NCBI RefSeq assembly: GCF_004010195.1
Contig: NC_057751.1
Coordinates: 11,223,108-11,287,107 of the forward strand
From: Chiloscyllium plagiosum
Lineage: Eukaryota
Length of the DNA stretch: 64,000 nt
Reading direction: 5' to 3'
Shown: positions 24,906 through 36,780 of the stretch, piece by piece
How the letters are laid out: every line of letters begins with the position of its first letter
Numbering within the stretch: position 1 is the first letter of the stretch
The notes under the pieces: model-generated
What the model was told of the DNA's origin: nothing
Database searches by the model: none
Seen by the model: only the letters and a program-made list of their open reading frames with translations
Program-made: the position numbers and the translations under genes

Positions 24906-25999
24906 CCTGCTAGATAACACCTTCCGCATGAATACATGCTGGATTTGTTGGACACACTCCTGTGGGGGCCCTTTGGATGCTTTGCTGTGACAAAGCTGCT
25001 AAGGAACTGCAAGATATTGCCGTTGTCACTGATGGAGAGGAGCGGCCCTCAAGTCACCGAAGCCCACATAAACATGCCTTTTCCTGAATGACAAAGGGGA
25101 GCCTGAAAACTGTGCAGGAGTCAGGAGGCAAGTGGAGAAGCAGTCCTGAAGCAGTTCCACCTTCATCTTTCAGAAAGCAGCCGTCAGACAGCAGACCCTG
25201 CTATCAGCACACTCTGAAAGGCAGGAAGAAAAATCCATTCACGGTCAGTGTTTCAATTATTTACAAAGAGAGAGGAGAAGGACAATGTTCATGAGACAAA
25301 CACGTGTCCAATCCACCAGTTGGCACCAGATGCCGGTGTGTTAATTTATTCAGCAGAAAGCCTTTGACACTGCAGCTGCACATTCCAGCCACTGCCTGGA
25401 TCCTGGGATAGGAAATCGACTTGAGTTCAAACTTAGCCAGTGGTATCCTCACAAAGGTGAGCAAAGAAATAAAGCTGCGTGCGTGTACTTTATACCCACC
25501 AATCAAAATATTACGTTCTATTTCCAGGAAAGAGTGCATCAGCAGTCAGGGTACCTGGCACCGTCGTCACAGCAACCACTGGCCAGGCATGCTCAATTCT
25601 CCAAGCTGCCTCTGCACGTGACCTACACTTCCCAATGTAAAGGTTTGGGCTTACATGAGCCTGCAGGTTGGGAAAGGTGCTCAGTGTTTTTACGGCCTGT
25701 GCTTGTGGTTGTCATGCTGTCAGAAACTCATCCGAGTGAGACTGTTACAAGGCTCCTCCCAGCATCAGGCAGGCAGCAGGACAGAGCCAACAGGAGCATG
25801 ATGACAATACCTGGGACAGCAAAACTGAGCCTCACCTACACACTGCATCTGAAAAAGGGCAACTTAACACCAATTAACAACCCAAAGGGAGTAGGTCTTT
25901 CTCACTGCCTCTCTCAAGGACGTACTGCATTCTGAAAGGTCGTCTTTCAACATTTAGAGTGAAGGAACAGTCAGTGCAATCAAACGTGGAACCATTCAG

Positions 26000-26210
26000 T
26001 GGCACAGGACAATGAGTTCAGGCCATTTCAGCCCTGAACCCTTCTCCAGCATTGAACAGGGTCACATTGACCTGTATTCTCCTTCTCAACCTTGTCCCTC
26101 AATCTCGGGGTCCAACAAGAAAGCCAGCAACATCAGTCCTGAGAGCTCCCAGCATCAACAGCTTTGCCTTTTGGGAAGAGCTGCCCATTTGTCCCACCCT
26201 TGTTTCGTCA
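26000..26210 (-). mobile_element. Very old CR1 3' UTR relic
   Basis: aggccatttcagccctgaacccttctccagcatt. Confidence 0.45.
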
Positions 26211-26679
26211 CCACTCTATTGCCAATCCTCACTGTGACATCGACCCCCACGTGCTGACTGATGCAGAAGATTGGCCACCTAACAGTTCCAGGATAAGGTT
26301 CCCAATCATTCCCAAGCATTGCTGTGACATTCAGTCATGCGAGTCTGGCAGAGCCAAGGGTCTCCCATCAGGAGCCTGTGCCCTGTGCAGCTTGAGACAG
26401 CAGAAAGTAAATGTGCTCTTCATTTATTTGAACATCAACCCTCCAAGGAACTGGGCTGATGGAATGAATCCTGAGGTTTACTTCTGACACTAAACAGGCT
26501 TTTTCTTCCAACTCACCCACTCCTGTTTAAATGACACAATATTGTCAACAAAGGTTTCTGAGCAACAGATCTGAACCGGACATGATCTCAAAACAAACAG
26601 AATTATCAGTGAAGCAACTCCCTTGTCAGCCCACAAGACATTGACAAATGCTGACTTCAGTGAGACAGCTACGTTGAAT

Positions 26680-26782
26680 AGAATGACAACACCAAGTGCT
26701 GGGGAAACTCGGTAGCTCTGCCAGCAGGCATGGAGAGAAAGCAAAGTTATCGTTTTGGGTCTGCTATAAATCTACTTCAGTG
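26680..26782 (-). mobile_element. Decayed Penelope-type fragment
   Basis: Minus strand ctgaagtag...gacccaaaacgataactttgctttctctcc...gagtttccccagcac. Confidence 0.5.
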
Positions 26783-28339
26783 ATATGTTCACTGGCCAAA
26801 GGCTAGCTTTTATACAGACTGCACTCCTGGACTGTGAGTGAGGAAGAAATTGTCACCGAAAACGGCACCAACTGGACTTGGAGGTAATTGTGTCAGGCAA
26901 ATTCGCCAACAGCCACGTCATGCATACCATGTTTAAAGCGCCTCTGATTCAGTCAACAGTTTTGGGGGGTGGGAGGGAAAACCGAACAGGCTTTTTTTTC
27001 CTCCCCTTTCATTGAAGGACCTGATGGAGGTGGTCTGAATGTTTTCACTTGAAGGAGAACCCACAAGCCTCAAAGACAGTGACTCATTCATTACATTGAG
27101 AATTTGGAAGGTATGCCTTTGCTGAGTGTGTGGCTGTATTTTGGAACCTGTCAGCACAGCAAGTGGTCAGGGTGAATAAGCAGCGATAGGTTAGAAGGAA
27201 ACAAGGCAATAGGGAGGAGAAAGCTCTGCTGTGAAGAATTAGGTGGAACAAGTGCAATAAGCATCAACTGCGAATGACCTGTACACTTCTCAAACAGTGG
27301 GACAGGCTGGGCAAAGCATCGGGATGCTTCTTCTACCCTGACTGGCGTTGTGAAACATCAGGGAAGGACAAAAACTTTCACCATGTTCTCAACAAGTAAC
27401 CTTCAGCAACTCTAACAGTCTATCGGACAGTGACGAAGTCAGCTGCGGCCAGGGTGACCTCTCACTGCCCCTCCTCCTGCTGCCAGGTCAGCTCAGAGAC
27501 CACCCACCCGATCCAGCGAGCATACTTCATGTGCAGTGGCAGCAAACCCAACCACACTCTTCCAGAATGATACAAACAGTGGAGAAGACATCCAACCAGC
27601 GTCCTGGCAAAGCGCAGGGTTATGGCACAGTGCTTGGGATTATATTAAATACTTGTCTGTTTTCAGTCAGTCCCACTCTTAGCACCTGAACACATCGATC
27701 GTTAACACCCTCAATGTATTCGGGCTTTTCAGTGGTCATGTCTCAGAGCACAGCCTGCACCCCCTCCCCATGTAAAGTTCTTTGCTGTGTTCCAGTTCCT
27801 GTCTAGACAGCAGTGTGTGTAAACACCGTTTATTTTTTCCCTCTCTGGAAGCTGGGAATATCCTACACTGCATCTGCCAGGAAAACATTTCCAGCACTTT
27901 CGATGGAGTAACAGGAGTCCTTCATCCTCCCACTCACCGTCCAGAGGAGCCTACACATCCTCAGTTTCAGACAGGGAGTACACAGGAGGAGCTGGCTCCA
28001 GTGATGGGGAGCTGAAACACAAAGGACTCCTTATCAAGAGGTTCCTGCTTCACCACAAGATGTCGGTGTCTGCGCACGTCTGCCAACTCCAAGCACAGGC
28101 ACCGCATGGTCATCAGTAAAGCAAACCAAAGTACACACTGAGCAAAACCTTTTGAAAGGGTGAAGATGGGGAACAATGGGCCGAGCTGGGGTTAAGTGAG
28201 GATCACAGCCTCTCCTCATTGACAAAGGTCTGGGTTCATTTCACATCCCCTTGCTCAGTCAACATTCTTCAACATTTCTTCATGATTGATGGAGGTTTAA
28301 GAAAGAACTTGCGTTCCAGGACAGAGAAGGCCATTTCAA

Positions 28340-28575
28340 ACATGACAAGCAAGTTCGACCAAGGGTGTCAAGATAAACCCAGCAATTACAGGACAGTCAC
28401 TTCAAACTGGGTCATGGGGATAGTGATGGAAACAACTATTCAGTGCAGAATGAGCATGCAAAAGCCGGGGGGGGGGGGGGGGGGGGGGTTAATTACAGAG
28501 TCCCAACGAAAACTTCATGTCCGATTAACTTGGTCTTTTCTCCCCCAAGAGGTAACAGAGGAATGATGAGGGGGA
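28340..28575 (+). mobile_element. Old CR1 RT fragment containing a G22 tract
   Basis: QDKPSNYRTV..., LITESQ; G run at 28467-28488. Confidence 0.65.
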
Positions 28576-29884
28576 AATACCTCCAGGGAGGCCAGTATTC
28601 AGTTACCACGTCACCTTTCGTTTCCACATGGATGTCCTTGAGATTGATCCAGCTCCCCGACTCCCAGAGGTTGTTCAATGCAATGCCATGTATCACACTT
28701 AGAAGAGAGGCTACTGTTGTGAGACAGGGAGAAGGCTCACTGACAATCTGAGTCAAACATCACAAGTTGATGCTTTGTTGTGATTTCTGAGATCACATCT
28801 TGACAATGATCTTCGACAGTAATTGTTTAGCTGAGGCTGCTTTATTTGGTGAAATTTATTTCTTTAAATCGGTGGAAAATTGTGATTTCTACTTTCAGCA
28901 GAGGATGTCCAGATTTCTCATCAAGTGTGGGTCTCCACGGACATTGCAACACACATAATCTAGGAAACAATTCAGCTGAGTTAGACACATCAAACTCACA
29001 CAGACAGCAATATGTCAAAGATCAAATAACGGCTTGAATCTCGGTTCCTGTTTCGGGAGCACATATCCTGCAAGGTTTCCATCTCGATAAGGCCAAGATA
29101 GCAGAAAGTCAAATGGGACATCCATTTGAAGATAGCTTCACGTAGCTGAGCCCCCTCCTCCTCCTCCAAAATCCCCCTCTGCCCAACTCTTCTGGGTCTC
29201 TGCTCTCAGATCTTCGACCCATTCCCAGCCTTAGTTCTTGTCACTGTCACTGACAGTTCACACTAACAACACTTAAATCTCACCAAGCGGCTGAGTGGGA
29301 ACACACAGTGGGAAGCACTGCCCACTCTATCGGTAATCACAACACTGGGCAGGACATCGTCTGGACTCAAAAGTTGATGGAAAGGGGAAAACCGTTAATA
29401 GAAAGGAAGAGAAAAACCTAACTTTGACTTTAGTGAAGCCTCTAACAGCGTTCCACCTGGTAGACTAATTAGCAAAGTCAGATCACATGGAATTCAGGGA
29501 GAACTTGCCAATTGGATACAAAATTGGCTTAATGGCAGGAGACAGGATTGTTTTTCAGACTGGAGGCCTGTGACCAGTGGTATTCCACAAGGATCCATGC
29601 TGGGTTCACTTTTATTTGCTTTTTATATAAATAACTTGGATGTGAATACAGGAGACAGGGTTATTATGTCTGCAGATGACACCAAAATTAGTGGTATAGT
29701 GGACTGTGAAAATGATCATCTGAGATTACAAAGAGATCTCAAACAGCGAGTTTTGAGAAGATTTATAGCTCAGGGTTGAGGTTCTGGATGGTAGTTTGCT
29801 CACTGAGCTGGAAGGTTCATTTTCAGACGTTTCGTCACCCTACCAGTGCAGCTTCACCAGAGGCTCACTGATGCTGTTACTGAT

Positions 29885-29922
29885 GATTCCTGAAGAAGGG
29901 CTTATGCCCGAAACGTCGATTC
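29885..29922 (+). ncRNA. Minimal type-I hammerhead ribozyme motif (Penelope-associated)
   Basis: CTGAAGA-A-GGGC(TTAT)GCCC-GAAA-CG-TC with an intact core; palindromic ACGT in place of stem III; weak stem I. Confidence 0.65.
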
Positions 29923-29979
29923 TCCTGTTCCCTGGATGCTGCCTGACCTGCTGCGCTTTTCCAGCAACACATTTTCAGC
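29888..29979 (+). mobile_element. Penelope-type insert (family B) nested in family A
   Basis: gatgat duplicated at 29882-29887 and 29980-29985; same family as copies at 41.6, 42.3 and 63.7 kb. Confidence 0.75.
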
Positions 29980-30220
29980 GATGATGTCACCTAGTATGGT
30001 GATGAAACATCTGAAAACAAACCTTCCAGCTCAGCGAGCAAACCTACATCCAGATCCTGATCAATTGGGTCAATGGGGACAGGGCATGAGGGGCAATTTT
30101 ATTTATTTTTTTACACAGAGACTGGCTCATGTGTGGAACAAACTTTCTGAGGAAATGGTGAATGTGGGTCCAATTACAACATTTCAAAGACACTTGAATA
30201 AATACATGAATTGGATGTAG

Positions 30221-30350
30221 CCATCAGTTCTGAGGAAGGGTCACCAGACCCGAAACATTAACATTAATGTCTCTCCACAGATGCTTCCAGACCTGCTGAG
30301 CTTTTCAAGCAACTTCTGTTTTTTGTTTCTGATTGACAGCATGGACAGTT
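30221..30350 (+). mobile_element. Penelope-type fragment with hammerhead-like core
   Basis: gtt-CTGAGGA-A-GGGTC(ACCA)GACCC-GAAA-CA-TT-aac; cagatgcttccagacctgctgag. Confidence 0.75.
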
Positions 30351-30354
30351 CTTT

Positions 30355-30705
30355 TGGGTTTTTTTTTCAATTCATTCATCGGACAAGGGCACCGCTGGGT
30401 AGGCAGCATTTATCGTCCATTCCTAATTGCCCAGAGGGTAATAGAGAGTCAACTACATTGCTGTGGGTCTAGAGTCACGTGTAGTTCAGGCCAGGTAGGA
30501 ATAGCAGATTTCCTTCCCTGAAGGGGGGCAGTGAACCAGAGGGGCTTTTCCAACAATACACAGAATTGAACTCTTAATTCCAGCATCTTATTCAATTCAA
30601 ATTCCACCACTTGCTGTGATGGGATTTGAACCTGGGTTCTCAGAACATGAGCTGAGTCTCCAGATTAATAGTTTAGCAATAATACCACTGGGCCATCACC
30701 TCCCC
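30355..30705 (-). mobile_element. Near full-length tRNA-derived SINE
   Basis: A box tggcccagtgg, B box ggttcaaatcc; tail resembles the 3' end of the LINE at 18385. Confidence 0.85.
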
Positions 30706-31644
30706 CGTGTTCAGAAAAGGGAAAGCTGCGTGAGTCAGAGGTGTTGAAGTTTGTGGGGCATGAGCTGGAATCAAACTGTGAGCAGACAGGTAGTCACGGG
30801 GACTCTGTCTCACCATCATTTGAACCTCTGGCACTGTGCAAGTGACTGACCCTTCCAAGTTTCATTTCGGGTGATGCAGGACGTGCAGACGAAACCCAAG
30901 CAGCATCCAACCGTGTGGTGCCCACGAGATAGGCCTCCCTCCGAACTGCTTCATCCCATTAGGAAGGGGTTCCAGCAGAAACCAGCCACAACTAAGACTA
31001 TTTCTATCCCTACACTAATCAATAACCTGTCCCTGACAAACACAGTTAATGGAGACAAAACCATCTTCAATCAGCACAGCAGTCCCACACTGAGTGCAGC
31101 CAGTTAAGCAGTTCTAAACAGTCAGTGATGTCAGGGACTGGGATATCTAAGAAGTCTTTCCAAGTGCTGGAATGCAGCAAACCGGAATGTTTTGACGAAT
31201 CATAAGATGGCTTCTTCTTGAGAAAAATACCAAAAAAAAAGACTCTGTACTTCCAGCCTGAGCTTCTCATTGAGTTCGGGAGGTGAAAGAATTGCAGGGA
31301 GGAACTTTCAATTGTTCCAATCCCAAACAGGTAACCAATGGCAAGAACCAGTTGCAGCAGCGCTGCCGAAATTCAACAGATTAATTTCCTAGCATAACAC
31401 CTTAAAACACAGTGTCCTGAGTAAACTTCAATTTGCACTGAGAAGCTTGCTATTGTGAGAAATTCAAGGTGAGAGGCTGGTTTCTATCCCTTTTCATTGG
31501 AAATATAAAGTGACATGAATGAGATGGCCAAACAAGTATCATCTCAGAAAAGTGGAAGGAGAGAGATCAGGAGCACACCAAACATTCAGACAGAGAATCA
31601 CAAAGTTTGGGGCCTGGATTCCTTCTCAAGGACTTACACATTAT

Positions 31645-31790
31645 TCTCCAGGCTAAAGGGATCAAAGGGTACAGGGAGAAAGCAGAGAGGAACACAGGAC
31701 TAAGTTGGACGCTTGGCCATGATCATAATGAATGCTGGAATAGGCTGGAGGGGCTGAATGGCCTTTCCTGCTCCTGACTTGTATGTTCAG
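31645..31790 (+). mobile_element. CR1 3' UTR fragment
   Basis: ggccatgatcataatgaatg...gaggggctgaatggcctttcctgctcct. Confidence 0.8.
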
Positions 31791-32042
31791 TGACAGCATG
31801 ATAACCAATGGTAAATTGCAGCAGCAGCCAGGTTCAGATGAATGCAGAGACCTCTGGGAGTTCTGAGCTTGGAGGAGATGAGGGAGATAGGAAGGGACAA
31901 AAGCACAGTGAAATGTTGATGCAGCTTGACCAGGAGCTAGTCTGCTCTGACAAGTTAAGGAGCCGACAGGGAAATGGGGCATGCAGTTAGCTTCATGTTT
32001 GGCAGGTAGCAAAGCTGTCGAATATGGGACAGCAGGCATATC

Positions 32043-32640
32043 AGAGTCATAGAGGTGTACAGCACGGAAACAGACCCTTTGGTTCAACTCATCCACGCCG
32101 ACCAGATATCCAAACTCAGTCTAGTCCCACCTGTCAGCACCCGGCCCATATCCCTCCAAACCCTTCCTATTCATGTACCCATTCAGATGCCTTTTGAATT
32201 TTGTAATTGTACCAGCCTCCACCACATCCTCTGGCAGCTCATTCCATTCACGTACCACCCTCTGAGTAATAAGGTTGCCCCTTAGGTCTCTTTTATATCT
32301 TTTCCCTCTCACCTTAAACCTATGCCCTCTAGTTCTGGACTCTCCGACCCCAGGGAAAAAACTTTGTCTATTTATCCCATCCACGCTCCTCATTATTTTA
32401 TAAACTTCAAAAAGGTTACCCCTCAGCCTCCGACATTCCAGGGAAAACAGCCCTCGCCTATCCAAACTCTCCCTATAGCTCAAATCCTCCAACCCTGGCA
32501 ACATCCTTGTAAATCTTATCTGAGCCCTTTCAAGTTTCACAACATCCTTCCTACAGGATGGAGCGCAGAACTGCACATGATATTCCAAAAGTGGCTTAAC
32601 CAATGTCCTGGAGAGGCACAACATGTCCACCCAACTCCTC
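32043..32640 (-). mobile_element. CR1/HER1-like 3' end
   Basis: LVKPLLEYHVQF...RFTRMLPGLEDLSYRE...WNELP...FKRHL plus UTR. Confidence 0.96.
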
Positions 32641-32649
32641 TCCTCATTG

Positions 32650-32930
32650 CAGCAACCAATCAAGTGTTGGCGTTACATCAGCAGGGAGTTAAGGTTTCAG
32701 CAGCTGATGACCTGGGATCAACAACATGAAGAGTGTGGTGGAGCTTTAATGGAAACAGGGTGTTCTGGGAAGATGAGGTCAGAAACTCAGCTCCAGAATC
32801 AGGTGGGACACCGAGGTTATAAACAGACATAGCTCATCACAGGCTGTTGCCAGGGAGAGGGAAGCAAGTTTGGAACAAGGTGAGAAAACAACGCCTTCGG
32901 TCTTCCCAAGATTTAACAAGAGGATGCTTA
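32650..32930 (-). mobile_element. L2-like RT relic
   Basis: Minus strand LLLNLGKTEGVVF and NLGV remnants. Confidence 0.55.
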
Positions 32931-33118
32931 ATATCATAGATTTCTGTCCTTGCAGTACAGGATGTTGGATTGAGAATGTGTATAGGGCATAAGCAGGCAG
33001 GGAAAGAGTTCAGTTTTGAGTTTTGTGAAACAAGAGGTTCAGCTGAGTATGACTCAGATCAGATAAGAACTTGCAGTTAACAATGGGGATGCTGGAGGCA
33101 AGGGAAATGGGTTAACAA

Positions 33119-33413
33119 TGTGGAAAAGCATTCATTATGTACATCCATTTAACAAGATGAGGTAGCATTCAGTTTAACACGGTGAAAAGTATTCATTATG
33201 TGACGTCAGTTATTCATAATGTAACACAGATGGCTTAATCTTTACTATTGACCCTTGCTGATTGTAACGGTCACCCAATTAATATGTTGCCTTATCTGGA
33301 CGCTCCTCTCTGTAAAATAACTATATAATTCATTACGATACAGCTTCAAATTCCTCCTTCAGGCCTTCAGTCAAATGCTTCGAGTCTCGAACTTTTAACT
33401 TAAACTCCCTACA
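33119..33413 (+). mobile_element. Possible solo-LTR-like element
   Basis: TG...CA ends, internal 18-bp direct repeat, CRE and TATA-like motif; no TSD. Confidence 0.3.
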
Positions 33414-33749
33414 CCGGGGTAATCTGACTCTCTTTTTCTGACCATTTCTCCATGTCCTGAGAAACTGTCAGTGGACTCCTCCAAACTAACAATCCTGCGG
33501 AATTCCTGCCCTTTCCTGAAGCTCGATTTAACGCCAGAAACACCATCATGGGCTCACAAAAGAAACCCGAATTCTTCATGACTGAGCCATCTCCTGCAAT
33601 CCCTGTCCTGTGGTAAATAAGAGGTCGCCAACATAGTTGATAATGGAGACTCCCTGTTCCTCCACAAGTTACTATCACAAGTGAGAGATGAATATTCCAG
33701 AAACACAACACCACCCCCTTTTTTTAAACAACCTTGCGGATGGTCTGAC

Positions 33750-34020
33750 AGGTCAATAGTTCAGTTACTCCTGAGAGCCCAGTGTCGGGCTGTGCGCTGC
33801 AGTTATCAGCTTCATTCTGCTCAGGGATGGTGGAATGTTAATGATGTTGGTCATCAGGGATTCAAGATGGAGATCCCTTTGAAGCTCATGGAGAGATGGC
33901 AGGAGCCTTACTTGTCCAGAAGGTCATTTCTTCGTATGCGAGTGGCACAAATATTGTGGTTCATTCGTCAGCCCATGCAAGCTGCCCAGGTTCTGCTGGG
34001 TTTTGGCATTGGCTGTTTTC
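33750..34020 (-). mobile_element. Old fragment probably of the 18.4 kb LINE family
   Basis: Remnants agaaggtcatt...gtggcacaaatatt...tcagccca...ccagg, recognised from memory only. Confidence 0.4.
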
Positions 34021-35649
34021 ATGTGGGTCACTGAGTCCTCCTGCTCTGTCAGGCTTGGCATCCTGCCAGCAATACATTTCCTCTAAAATGTAAATCACCT
34101 CATTGCAAGAACAGGAAAGGACAGAAGTGTCACTAGGAATGAGCACTAAAAGCTCGCGTCGCAATCACTTGTATCCTTGGGTAATATCGTGCTCAAATCC
34201 AATCCATTCTTAACTAAACAAGTTCACAACATGCCCCTTAATTCCAAGGCAATCTCCATTCATGAACAGGCCGCTTATCGTGAGGGCTGTGGGGAAACTG
34301 CCTTTGTTGAAAATAACTCGAAATCAGATCAAGCTGTGAAGTGTTATGAACGATGTGAAGCTGGAGGGAAATGCAAACTGTGTATTCCAATCCCCATAAG
34401 GCCTGCAGGAGGAAAGTGGAGAGTGGGAAGTGTGATACAGTCCATGGATAGCAGGAGCTCATTCAGCAACCCCACAGCGAGACCAGAAAGGGAAACACCT
34501 TGGCTTCGATCAAGAAAGAAATAACTCAAACACACTTCCTGTTGGCACAGGATGGTGCCCAGGAACAGCAGTGATCCCATTTCCCACTCTATTTCCACAT
34601 CAAACCAGCTGAAGTGCTGGAACTGAAAGTACTTTCCCTTTTCCTCCTCTCTGGAGGGTGACACATTTCTCTGCAGCCTGCTGTCGTATCCTGGCTATCA
34701 CACGTGATTGGCAAGCGGGGCAGGAGTTAAAAAAACTGCCTGGACCAGAGGACCTTGACAAACTTTCCTGATCAAGCCAACTGCTACTTGGCACCAACTT
34801 CCTTTTCTGTCACCTCTCACCCCAGTCATGGTGCAGTGCATCAAGTCCAGTGGGCATTGCCAACTGCTGCCAGTTCACACCAGACTCAGAGATACCTGAC
34901 TCCAGCTTCAGCACTTTCAGAAACATGTCCTTGGGACAACAATCACTGCAAGTCCTTCACCTCCAAGCTGAGACATTCTGAACATCATTTTCTCTGAAAT
35001 CTCAAACACCCAGCAGATAGGAAGGTAAAGATGTAGACTTGTTACTTTCAGGAACTATTCTGCCTTGTTTAAATTGTTTTTAAAATGGACTATTGTCAGT
35101 TCTTAAAATGGCTGGTAACAAACCAAAGAGCAAGTCAACTGCTTCCAAAAAGTTCAAGCAATGATCAGGCTAAAAGCAAACTCAACAGTTCCTGGAAGGT
35201 GACAGTCTGAGCGCTGTGTGAATATTCCAACCAAACCAAAACACAAGGTTTCACCAAGCAAGAGTTCAACCTCAGCCAGATCTGAGTAAGGGAGACCATC
35301 AAACTTCATTATTGCTTAACTTGATGCAAGCAACTCTGTCGTTCCCTGCAACAAAAAACAACGGTTTCTGACATGGGGCAGCAAACTGCACCTCACCACT
35401 AGTTGTCTCAACCTGCCAGAAACTGCTGAGTCCTTGTAATCACCTGTAAGAGTGCAACTTCTGCTCCTCCATCTGCTTGGCGCAGCGTAAGAGCTACCTG
35501 AACCAGGCTTATCCAAAGTCCTGCCACCCATTTCCCCAGTCTCTCTCCTGCTAAGTGAACCAATTCTCAGTTTGCAACTCCCACACTCCAACAGCATCTG
35601 AAGGCTGATAGACGAGACCTCTGTACAAGAACACAAACTGGATACTGAC

Positions 35650-35760
35650 AGACTGGATTCTCAAATTCACACAAACTGCTTTTTTATAGCTTGGAACTTT
35701 TTTTGGTGCAATTTGTCACTACTTCCTTTCGCTTCCCTTTTCTCTCTTTATATAGGATTC
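35650..35760 (-). promoter_or_regulatory. Candidate promoter (TATA, ETS, ETS-IRF composite)
   Basis: TATAAAA 35688-35682, GGAAGT 35726-35721, GGAAGCGAAA 35736-35727, second TATATAAA near 35754-35747. Confidence 0.35.
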
Positions 35761-36294
35761 ATATCAAAACCATTTCACTGGGTTTTGAATAAACCCAACC
35801 TTATTTTAAATGAAAAGAATTTGCTGTGAGCCACTGTTAAATTGGACTTCGCCAACAATTCAGGGAAATACACCACTGCACATTTTCGAAAGGGCAAAGA
35901 AATGAAGAAAAGCAAGTTCAAGAAATCTTATGAATGGAAGAGATGAACAATTAGATTAATCCAATACATCTCTCCCTCGAGTCCTTGATAAAATAAATGA
36001 TTTTACTACTAGATTAGGACCAGATTCACAAATCTACAATTTTACTGAGGACATGTGCAGCTCTATGTAGTCTCTCAGTGATTTACTTCCACAACTTACA
36101 TGAACCAAATTACAACATATAGATTAACAAACAACAGGCATAACGTAACATGGAGAGCTGATTTTGCCACATGACTGTCTCACGCCAATAACACTTGAAC
36201 CAAGTCATTTTGCTTACAGTAACTGCAACAGAGGGAAGATGGGAGAATCTCAGTCATGTGACTGCATTCATCACCCAGAGGTGAAGGATGGGTA

Positions 36295-36476
36295 TTGATA
36301 TCCAACTATGGAAGCTGGTGAGATCTGAGTTCAAGTCATGAAGGTCAAATTATCAAGTTAACTGGAGTAATGACCACTATCTGACTCAGTCATGTCCTTC
36401 GGCAAAGGAACTCTGACCACTTCATCCATTTAGCGTTCATGCAACTTGAGACCAACAGCAATATGAATGACTCTTC
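36295..36476 (+). mobile_element. Highly decayed copy of the 30.4 kb SINE family
   Basis: atgtccttcggcaaaggaactctg...caacagcaatatgaatgactct. Confidence 0.5.
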
Positions 36477-36477
36477 T

Positions 36478-36780
36478 TAGATTAGATTCATTACAGTGTG
36501 GAAACAGTCCCTTCGGCCCAACAAGTCCACACTGACCCTCCAAAGAGTAACCCACCCATTTCCTTAACGCACCTAACACTATGGGCAATTTAGCATGGCC
36601 AATTCACCTAACCTATACATCTTTGGACTGTAGGAGGAAACCAGAGCAACCAGGGGAAACCCACGCAGACACGGGGAGAACGTGCAAACTCCACACAGAG
36701 AGTCATCTGAGGCTGGAATCAAACCCGGGTCCCTGGTGCTGTGAGGCAGCAGTGCTAACCACTGAGCCACTGTGCCATCC
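36478..36780 (-). mobile_element. Full-length HE1-type V-SINE
   Basis: A box tggctcagtgg, B box ggtttgattcc, V-domain tgtgtggagtttgcacgttctccccgtgtctgcgtgggtttcc, CR1-like tail gggccgaaggg...aatctaatct. Confidence 0.95.

Larger units (their letters stand above)
29741..30053. mobile_element. Penelope-type fold-back insert (family A)
   Basis: Imperfect inverted arms of about 56 bp (29783-29839 and 29998-30054); flanking agatct/agatcc. Confidence 0.75.
29425..30220 (+). mobile_element. CR1 RT and 3' fragment with nested Penelope-type inserts
   Basis: VTSGIPQGSMLG, SADDTK, LRLQRDL then DQLGQW after the insert, VWNKL. Confidence 0.9.

Noticed and set aside
25798..25852. C/D-box snoRNA-like motif (ATGATGA...CTGA...CTGA)
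   Set aside because: Too short, no terminal stem and no guide complementarity recognised
36700..36780. tRNA genes at the A/B-box motifs
   Set aside because: These are SINE heads followed by a V-domain; no full cloverleaf
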